Positions 20,364 to 27,005 of a stretch of 64,000 nucleotides of DNA are shown here, piece after piece. The notes beneath the pieces are model-generated. The model saw nothing but the letters and a program-made list of their open reading frames with translations, was not told the DNA's origin and did not search any database. Source of the stretch: Candidatus Woesearchaeota archaeon (GTDB lineage: Archaea; Nanobdellota; Nanobdellia; Woesearchaeales; ARS49); contig JAWADY010000001.1 in the NCBI GenBank assembly GCA_038891615.1, positions 170,952-234,951 of the forward strand, in the 5' to 3' direction. Position 1 is the first letter of the stretch. Each line of letters opens with the position of its first letter. The translations under genes were made by a program, and so were the position numbers.

Positions 20364-21011
20364 TCATTTTTTTAATATTTTCTTTATATAACCGAACTGA
20401 TCATGGAATATGTGAGCACTTGTGGAAAATGTTGTTATAGAGCCTGCGTCACAGCCAAGTTTTTTTCTTACATAATCTTGCAACACATATATCTGATAAA
20501 TGTTAGCAGGCCATCCAAAGAAAAAGTCGTTTGACCTTATCACTGCGGTAAGGTTGAGTCTGTTCTCTCTCAACTTTAAATCGATCATCACAAGTCCTGG
20601 GATGTCACGTTTCATCACATTGCTGTCCTCTTTTGGGTCCCAAAGTGAGAGAACAGCTCTTCTGGAATTTGGAATCTCTTTTAGTAAAGGAATTATGAAA
20701 TCGTTTATCTGATTTATTTTGCCTTGAAAATTAAATAACCTGGGTCCATAGCTATATGAATAATCCGGCGCAAGCTTATTGGCAAGCATAACCTTTGCAA
20801 TCTCATCAAACGGAGGATATTTCCAATTACCAAAAGTGTTTAAAAGCTGCATTGGTCTTGTTATGTCTTGTTCTGGATTTTTTATTTGCACCCCAAAGTT
20901 AAGCAATTCTCTGCACATCCTGTTGTTCTCGTCCATGAAATCCATTCCTCTTTTGAGTATCGTGGCAAGGCTTTGTTTCCATGCTTCCAATGCTGTTCTT
21001 GTGATTATCAT
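20364..21011 (-). CDS. thymidylate synthase (ThyA)-fold protein, short archaeal type; catalytic PCH cysteine apparently absent
   Basis: SRRAVLSLWDP matches the ThyA RRxxxSxWNP box. RSNDFFFGWPANIYQIYVL matches RSxDxFLGxPFNIASYALL. SAHIFHDQ matches DTHLY. The position aligned to the ThyA PCH motif reads IPGLVM. Confidence 0.6.
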   Translation of the reverse strand: MIITRTALEAWKQSLATILKRGMDFMDENNRMCRELLNFGVQIKNPEQDITRPMQLLNTFGNWKYPPFDEIAKVMLANKLAPDYSYSYGPRLFNFQGKINQINDFIIPLLKEIPNSRRAVLSLWDPKEDSNVMKRDIPGLVMIDLKLRENRLNLTAVIRSNDFFFGWPANIYQIYVLQDYVRKKLGCDAGSITTFSTSAHIFHDQFGYIKKILKK

Positions 21012-21013
21012 CT

Positions 21014-22612
21014 TCAGGTCAAAAACTGCTCCAATCTTACATTTAATTCTAAAGCACCTGAAAAAGAATATCTAAAAAATGGTAGTCTATAGGTGTTAAG
21101 TATGAAGCCCATCTCCCTTAGTACATCCTTGGGCTGCATTGGCCCTTTCTTATAAAAGCTTATCATATCTCCTCCATCAAAAACCTCGAACAATTTTTCC
21201 TTTGTTTCCATTACCTGTTTTAACTCGTCATTGTAAAGGTCGCTCAAACCTCTTACAAAATAGCGCTTGTATGAAGGCTTTGTAAAGATGTCGCGTACAA
21301 AATCATCAAATGCGCATGAAAAAGCTACCCTAAATCTCGTAGGCATTCCACAACTTTTGTATATCGTATCCTCAGCAATGCAAAAATCATCAACTGCCTT
21401 TTTGCTTTCCTTGAGATAACTAAGCAAGAACTCTATGCTAAACTGAGAATTTTTCCAGCCGTAGTTCCAAAATCTCACATAATTTTTTCCAAACATAAAA
21501 AAATTTTTTGCATGGCTGGGGTCTAGTGCTATCAGGCTTCCAAAAAGCTCATCTGAGCGTTGCCGCTGAAGGGAATTGGCAAGCAGCAGAGAATCCGCAA
21601 TTTTTAGTACAAAACGCTTGAACTGCTCTATTGCTTTTTCCTGATTCTGAAAGAACCTCTCTACATCGACCATTATTGTTGATTGACCACAAATGAGCCC
21701 AGGAATGTGTCCCTGCATTTCTTTCTCATAGAGTAACCATTCGTTTTCAGAAAAGGTGTACGGTCCAGCCTTGCCAACAAAATATGGCGCCTGATAGCAG
21801 TTTTGGTTCTTTATGTAAAGGCTTTCATTGTGTCTGGAGTAAAGCTGCACAAGCTTTTCGAAAAAATCAGAATGCTCATAAAATTCCTTTAGTTGGGTGT
21901 CAAAAACAAAGGTTATGTTTCTATTTTTCTGTTGAAGAAGCAAAGAAATAAGTTTAAGTATTGGCTCGCCCTTTGTCACATTTGTCATGTCGATAATGTA
22001 GCATATCTTTTTACCATAGTCATCACATTTTGCATTGAGCTTTGTCACAAACGGTGCAAGCAATTGGGTCTCTGATTTTTGGACCATGACTTCAAAATCG
22101 TTTACTGCAATAACATCATTGACAACACCAAAACATCCATTGATGGCATGCCATAGCCCTTTAGGGCTCTTGAATAGCGATGCCTCAAGCAGAACACTGT
22201 TTAGCCTATCAATCCACGTTGTTGCCTCTAATTTATATATAATTCCCTTTTGTTCATAGCCTTCTACTGGCATGGGAGGAGTTATTGGTCGGGTGACAGT
22301 AATGTTATCAAAGTGTGGCACCTCTACCCCAGCCACAATTGCAAAGCTTTTTTCTTTGTTTTTACCTTCCTTTGTTATCCTTATGTAGCCTTCAAGAACA
22401 AGTTTGTTAAGATAGTAAAGAATGCGCCTGTGCAATTGTGCCTTACGTCTTTTTGCTTGCTTTTGTCTTTCAACATCACTAGAAATAAGCAATCTTTCAA
22501 TCTCGTCATATCCTGGGGTTAGCTTCTCTACAATCTCTGTTGTAGAGAATTCCTTTTCAGGATTCTTTGCTAAAAGTTCTAATATTGATGTTTCAAAATC
22601 TCCTTTACGCAT
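21014..22612 (-). CDS. hypothetical 532-aa protein with N-terminal winged-helix-like segment, co-operonic with ThyA-like gene
   Basis: Long ORF with no recognisable catalytic motif. It ends 7 nt upstream of the ThyA-like start. Confidence 0.5.
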   Translation of the reverse strand: MRKGDFETSILELLAKNPEKEFSTTEIVEKLTPGYDEIERLLISSDVERQKQAKRRKAQLHRRILYYLNKLVLEGYIRITKEGKNKEKSFAIVAGVEVPHFDNITVTRPITPPMPVEGYEQKGIIYKLEATTWIDRLNSVLLEASLFKSPKGLWHAINGCFGVVNDVIAVNDFEVMVQKSETQLLAPFVTKLNAKCDDYGKKICYIIDMTNVTKGEPILKLISLLLQQKNRNITFVFDTQLKEFYEHSDFFEKLVQLYSRHNESLYIKNQNCYQAPYFVGKAGPYTFSENEWLLYEKEMQGHIPGLICGQSTIMVDVERFFQNQEKAIEQFKRFVLKIADSLLLANSLQRQRSDELFGSLIALDPSHAKNFFMFGKNYVRFWNYGWKNSQFSIEFLLSYLKESKKAVDDFCIAEDTIYKSCGMPTRFRVAFSCAFDDFVRDIFTKPSYKRYFVRGLSDLYNDELKQVMETKEKLFEVFDGGDMISFYKKGPMQPKDVLREMGFILNTYRLPFFRYSFSGALELNVRLEQFLT

Positions 22613-22755
22613 TAGCCACCCCTAAAAACTGTCTAAAACAGTCTATTATATAAAATTTATCATATTTCAGGAAATTTTATTGAAACGGTTTCAATAGTTT
22701 CAGAAGAATAATTTATATTTCAAAAAATAATTCTTATTTCAAATGCATAAAAAAA

Positions 22756-22848
22756 GGGATTCCTGAAACAAAAATTACACACAGGCCGAAAACCCGCCAA
22801 TTTCGTTAAATCACAACAAGTAGAGCTCATTGGAGCTCCAGGAATCCC
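22756..22848. promoter_or_regulatory. 10-bp perfect inverted repeat (GGGATTCCTG ... CAGGAATCCC) enclosing 73 nt, in the leader/promoter region of the Zn-ribbon HTH regulator gene
   Basis: Direct reading. A 15-nt palindrome TTGAAACGGTTTCAA lies at 22680-22694 in the same divergent intergenic region. Confidence 0.3.
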
Positions 22849-22874
22849 TGATTTAAGAAAGATTAGAAAATAAA

Positions 22875-23171
22875 ATGGCAGATTGTTTCATATGTGGCAA
22901 AAAATTGGTGAGAGTAAATCTTGATTTCATAATTAGTGGAATTGGGTATAGATGTCTTAATTGTATGGGTATAAGTGTAAAAAGCCCTGCAAAGGCAGAA
23001 AAAATGGCTGCTCTTATAAGCTTGCTTGCAAGGGACTGCAGCACAAAACTTCGCGAACTGAGTTCTACGCTAGGAGTGCCAAAGTCAACTCTGCATGATT
23101 ATATTCGAGAGATAAAAAAAGGCTGCAAATTCACTTTTAGACTGAACAGGAGAAATTTAGATACTGTTTAG
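22875..23171 (+). CDS. small transcription regulator, N-terminal CxxC..CxxC zinc ribbon + C-terminal HTH
   Basis: Zinc ribbon CFICGKK...YRCLNC. HTH-like segment TKLRELSSTLGVPKSTLHDYIRE. Confidence 0.5.
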   Translation: MADCFICGKKLVRVNLDFIISGIGYRCLNCMGISVKSPAKAEKMAALISLLARDCSTKLRELSSTLGVPKSTLHDYIREIKKGCKFTFRLNRRNLDTV

Positions 23172-23293
23172 TTTATAGGATATGACTTTTTGTTGGTGGT
23201 TTGCCAATAACTTAAATCCTCTTTAAAAGAGGGATTTCCAAACCATTTTAGAAGCAAAACATTTTAAAATAGTTCTTTATTTATCCTACACAA

Positions 23294-23435
23294 GCCTCGG
23301 TAGTCTAATGGCTAGGATAGAGCCCTGTCGACGCCAAATCCAAATTGGCCAATGGCTTTTGATGGACTAGCCTGACGCGTGGTTACGCGTTGCGACAGAC
23401 CGGCTCTGATGCGGGTTCGAATCCCGCCCGGGGCG
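23294..23435 (+). tRNA. tRNA-Asp (anticodon GTC) with 70-nt intron
   Basis: Acceptor GCCTCGG/CCGGGGC. Anticodon stem GAGCC..GGCTC. Exon loop CTGTCG + C38 (GTC anticodon, G37/C38). T-arm GCGGG-TTCGAAT-CCCGC. Discriminator G73 as in tRNA-Asp. Intron at 23331-23400. Confidence 0.7.
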
Positions 23436-23509
23436 TTCGAACTTCCAGAGTTAAGCCTGCTCGGGCAACGAAATGGAGTGAAAGTTTGCACAAAAGAGAG
23501 GTGAAAAAA

Positions 23510-23725
23510 ATGGAAAACTGCAACTATAACAAAACGAGGTTGCTTGCTGAAATTTTGTCAACCCTCTGGCGTCTAGAAAGAGGTGTTTACGCCGAGGATG
23601 CCAAAAAGGCGGGCCATCCTCTTTGTGGCAAGCTTTACGAGGATCTTGCCAAAGACCTGAGAAAATACAAAGAAAAGCTGATAGCTGCGATTGAAGGACT
23701 ATCAAAAGAAGGAAAGTTCAAATAA
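23510..23725 (+). CDS. hypothetical small protein (71 aa)
   Basis: ATG preceded by GAGAGGTGA. The ORF-track start at 23390 overlaps tRNA-Asp and was rejected. Confidence 0.35.
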   Translation: MENCNYNKTRLLAEILSTLWRLERGVYAEDAKKAGHPLCGKLYEDLAKDLRKYKEKLIAAIEGLSKEGKFK

Positions 23726-23813
23726 AACAGACTAAAATTCGGTAAGCAAACCAATTGCTTATTAGAAAGGTTTAGATTGTCAATGTAATCAAAAGGCTAT
23801 CGGCTGTTTATTT

Positions 23814-24245
23814 TCATGGCAGCTTACAGCCGCTTTTGGAAGCCAATTGAGCAAAGGTTTGCTCACCACTAACCCTGCTACCATCCCCAAACACCCAAGT
23901 TGGATAAGCCATTATTCCAGCTTTGGTACATTCTTTTGTCTGACCTCTTTCGTTAGGAATTGCGCACTCGACATAGTTAATATATTTCCAGCTCTCACCA
24001 AACATTGCTTTTTGGTTCTGGCAATGGGGGCACCAATAAGCGCCATACATTTTTACACCAGAATCTGTCAAGCATTTTGCAAAGATGTCAAGCGGTGACA
24101 TGCTTGTTTCGCCTACGACAGCTCCTCCAGTAGCAGTGCTTCTTGCACAACCAACAAGGATAAACGCAGCTAAAAGAGTAATAAAAACAAACACAAATAG
24201 GGTTGGATAAACACGATAAGTTCTTTTTTGAAGAGTTGATTCCAT
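23814..24245 (-). CDS. thioredoxin-fold thiol:disulfide oxidoreductase, membrane/lipid-anchored (CPHC active site)
   Basis: N-terminal TM/signal with lipobox-like LVGCARS. YGAYWCPHCQNQK is the thioredoxin-fold CxxC active site. Confidence 0.6.
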   Translation of the reverse strand: MESTLQKRTYRVYPTLFVFVFITLLAAFILVGCARSTATGGAVVGETSMSPLDIFAKCLTDSGVKMYGAYWCPHCQNQKAMFGESWKYINYVECAIPNERGQTKECTKAGIMAYPTWVFGDGSRVSGEQTFAQLASKSGCKLP

Positions 24246-24371
24246 ATCTTCACCTCTAATCAGACCTTTGTATATTGTTAGATTGTTGTTTATGTATTCC
24301 CCTTATTTTTAGCAGGTAATGTAACATTTAATAATTTTTCGCTTGCATGATGTACAAATCAAATTTTAAAT

Positions 24372-24515
24372 TTAAACAAATTTTAAATTTAAATATATCA
24401 ATATTGCCACAAAGATTATGATGACAAACAAAATTCGCAAAGTTGGGTTGCGACTTTGAAATTTATCTTTCATTTGCTTTTCACTAACGCCTTTATGACC
24501 TGCACAACAATCCAT
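24372..24515 (-). CDS. small membrane protein (47 aa) with N-terminal MDCCAGHKG Cys-Cys-x-x-His motif; not in ORF track
   Basis: ATG preceded by AGGAGAGGTG. A single C-terminal TM helix (LRILFVIIIFVAILIYL). Confidence 0.3.
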   Translation of the reverse strand: MDCCAGHKGVSEKQMKDKFQSRNPTLRILFVIIIFVAILIYLNLKFV

Positions 24516-24656
24516 CTTGGCACCTCTCCTTCATTTTATTTAAAATTGTTCTTTGCGGACCTTATTGCTCAAAACAACATTCCAAAACCTCTTTAAGGGT
24601 TTTCTTAACTTTTTTCTTCAAACCACCAAGCTTTTTTGCAAGCTCTTCAATCACTT

Positions 24657-25088
24657 TTAGACCTCGCTTGAAACTTTTTCATCCAATGATTGAAGCAGCC
24701 AGAAAAGACCGTAAAGGTCAAAAGCTGCCCGCTCGAATTCATAAGCAGTGTCATTGGACTTTCCAATGTATTTTGTAGCAACTTCCATCAATCTCATTGT
24801 TGCTGCAAGCAGGTGCTTGCTAATGCACCATAGCTCACCCTCACGATTATGAACCAATTCACCGAGCATCTTTATCCTAAGTTTGCGGACAGCAGCGAGA
24901 ATTTCAAGGTAATGCTTTCTCTTTGTCTTCATTGCAGTAAAGGCAAGATGTTCTTCGAGGCTTATCAAGTTCATCACAGCTATTGAAAGATCTTGACGAT
25001 GAGTCAAGTCGGCCTTTTCGATATCGGCTTTCTTTTTCCTGCCTTGAGCCGAGGCTACTTTTGTCCTTTGTGTCATCCTTTGTATCAT
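24657..25088 (-). CDS. hypothetical cytoplasmic protein
   Basis: 143-aa ORF whose start overlaps the upstream gene stop by 4 nt (operon geometry). No recognisable motif. Confidence 0.4.
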   Translation of the reverse strand: MIQRMTQRTKVASAQGRKKKADIEKADLTHRQDLSIAVMNLISLEEHLAFTAMKTKRKHYLEILAAVRKLRIKMLGELVHNREGELWCISKHLLAATMRLMEVATKYIGKSNDTAYEFERAAFDLYGLFWLLQSLDEKVSSEV

Positions 25089-25603
25089 GCTGCCACCCCG
25101 AATAGACGTAAAGCTAAGACAGTTACGAGCAGCGCCGTTAGCATAAAGGCAAGCCCTTGCAACGGCATAAAATTCTTACCCCTGTTAAGTCTGCGCACAA
25201 CATGATGTAGCCAAAACGCACCACTGGTTGTTGCAGAACCAATGACAACCCCTGCTAGCAGGTAAGGCATTCCAAAGAGGGTTCCTGAAGAGTTGAAGAG
25301 CTTTGCAAAATGCAAGGTTAGTGTTGTCAAAAGAATGCTTAAAAGTGTCAAAATAGCTGACTGAAAAGGAATGTTCCAACCACGCTTTTTCATTGCATTG
25401 CTTGTCCAGAGCCCAATAGATACTGCAAGAGCTCCGATAAAAACGCCAAAAATGCTGTCATGTATTCCATAAAATCTTGCAGTAGTTACAGCGCCAACTG
25501 CTGCCACAGCACATAAAGGGCAATGTGCAAAAGCCGAAGGGACGGTTGCCAGGACCATGGATGCACCAATTATGGCAATCCTGCTTATGTTCATTCTCAG
25601 CAT
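25085..25603 (-). CDS. integral membrane protein with CPLC motif at start of first TM segment (possible thiol-redox/metal-handling membrane component)
   Basis: 172 aa. Signal/TM then AHCPLCAVAAVGAV. About 4-5 TM helices. Confidence 0.45.
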   Translation of the reverse strand: MLRMNISRIAIIGASMVLATVPSAFAHCPLCAVAAVGAVTTARFYGIHDSIFGVFIGALAVSIGLWTSNAMKKRGWNIPFQSAILTLLSILLTTLTLHFAKLFNSSGTLFGMPYLLAGVVIGSATTSGAFWLHHVVRRLNRGKNFMPLQGLAFMLTALLVTVLALRLFGVAA

Positions 25604-26175
25604 CCTCCTGTTCCTGAATCAGCTCCGCCTGGATAGAATACCTCCTTCCACTTGTTTATCTCAGCCTGTATTTGTTCACGAGTGTAGCCCTTTGTAACAA
25701 GCAACTTTGCAAGGCCGTAAAGTGCAACGTGATGACCACATTCACAGTTGTTGCTTGCCTGCAGTGTTGTAAAGCCGCAGCAAGGAAGTCTCACATCAAG
25801 CCCAACAATTTTCTTTGTCTGTTCAGAGTTCAACTTTATGCTTTTCGCATAATCAATAAGCTTAGCGTATCCTGCTGAATCATAGCTTATTCCATATTCT
25901 GACATCTCACCAGAACCTTGTGGAGAAGCATCATGCGATGTTGGCTCAATCCCACATCCACCAACACCCGTCGTAGCACCTGTTGAAACAGAAGCTGCGG
26001 AATTAGCCGATTTTCCATGATGGACTTCCATCATTTCTTCATATGAAGAATAACCGTGGTAAAGCCCAGAAGCGCTGCTTCCAGATTTGGTTGATTTGCT
26101 AATCCAGACAACTGTTCCAAAAAGCGCTATTGCTAGGAGAAGGACTATCAACACTCCAATTGTTTTGTTAGACAT
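25597..26175 (-). CDS. N-terminally anchored secreted Cys/His-rich protein
   Basis: 192 aa. TM anchor. Motifs GGCG, LPCCGF, NCECGHH and C-terminal GTGGC. Overlaps the downstream gene by 7 nt. Confidence 0.45.
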   Translation of the reverse strand: MSNKTIGVLIVLLLAIALFGTVVWISKSTKSGSSASGLYHGYSSYEEMMEVHHGKSANSAASVSTGATTGVGGCGIEPTSHDASPQGSGEMSEYGISYDSAGYAKLIDYAKSIKLNSEQTKKIVGLDVRLPCCGFTTLQASNNCECGHHVALYGLAKLLVTKGYTREQIQAEINKWKEVFYPGGADSGTGGC

Positions 26176-26302
26176 TTTTATTTTACATTACACCTCCGAG
26201 CTAAATAATCTGAAAAGGCAAAGGATTGAAACACCATATATTAATTTCGGTGAAACTAGTTTCAAAGGAATTTTAAGTTTCTAAGCTTTATAACAGGCAA
26301 AT

Positions 26303-26815
26303 TTAGAAGCTTTGGACTTGATGTTTCAATATAACAACATTGGTCATCCCCCTACGCCTTCGCTCGACAAGCCCCTTTGCCTCAAGCTTATCAAGAAGCC
26401 TAGTAATCTTCACCTTTGACATCTGCAGCTTGTCAACAAGTTCGTTCTGGAAGAGCATTCCATTCGAATCTTTAAGAAGGTTGTAAAGTGCCAGCTCATC
26501 GCCACCAAGCTCCTTTGCAGCATTTCTTGCACTTGCCGCAACAATCTCTTCAGGTCTCTTTTTAAAGAAGAGATACATCCCTATGCTAAAAAAAACAACA
26601 AGTACGAATGAACCTAGGTATTTAGGCAGCGAGAGTCTATTTATTTGTTCATAAGGGCATATTGTGTTAGGCTCATGAATGCAATTGCCCTGCTCATCAA
26701 ATCTTGCCTGCGAAAGAATAAAGGATTCTGTCTGCTTGACGTAGACCCCTCCAACTACCATAGTAATGAGTGAAAAAAGCATTATTACAAACCCCAACTG
26801 CTTATATCCTAGCAT
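26303..26815 (-). CDS. membrane-tethered winged-helix (MarR/TrmB-like) transcription regulator with extracytoplasmic Cys pair
   Basis: TM1, then a loop with CIHEPNTICPY, then TM2, then wHTH (LYNLLKDSNGMLFQNELVDKLQMSKVKITRLLDKLEAKGLVERRRRG). Confidence 0.55.
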   Translation of the reverse strand: MLGYKQLGFVIMLFSLITMVVGGVYVKQTESFILSQARFDEQGNCIHEPNTICPYEQINRLSLPKYLGSFVLVVFFSIGMYLFFKKRPEEIVAASARNAAKELGGDELALYNLLKDSNGMLFQNELVDKLQMSKVKITRLLDKLEAKGLVERRRRGMTNVVILKHQVQSF

Positions 26816-26858
26816 GCATTTATATTACGAATGACGATTTTTAAAGGTTGCTGTTCAT

Positions 26859-26876
26859 CCCTTTTTGCAAAAAGGG
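26859..26876. terminator. perfect 18-nt palindrome CCCTTTTTGCAAAAAGGG downstream of hsdR (minus strand), candidate terminator
   Basis: Direct reading. A T5 run lies within the stem on the transcribed strand. Confidence 0.3.
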
Positions 26877-27005
26877 GTGATCCTGATAAAGAAATCTAGG
26901 TTGAATTTTGCCCAAACTTGATGAGAACCTTTACGATATGTATACGGAACATCATAAAATCCTCTGTCAACAGACTTAATCCAAGCATCTATTTTTTGTG
27001 CATAT

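Noticed and set aside
23390-23509. N-terminal 40 codons of the ORF 23390-23725
   Set aside because: It overlaps the 3' exon of tRNA-Asp. An internal ATG at 23510 with a good RBS is the likelier start.
24355-24400. Tandem AT repeat CAAATTTTAAATTTAAA x2
   Set aside because: Low-complexity AT-rich sequence overlapping the 3' end of the mini-ORF. Too short and simple to call a functional repeat.
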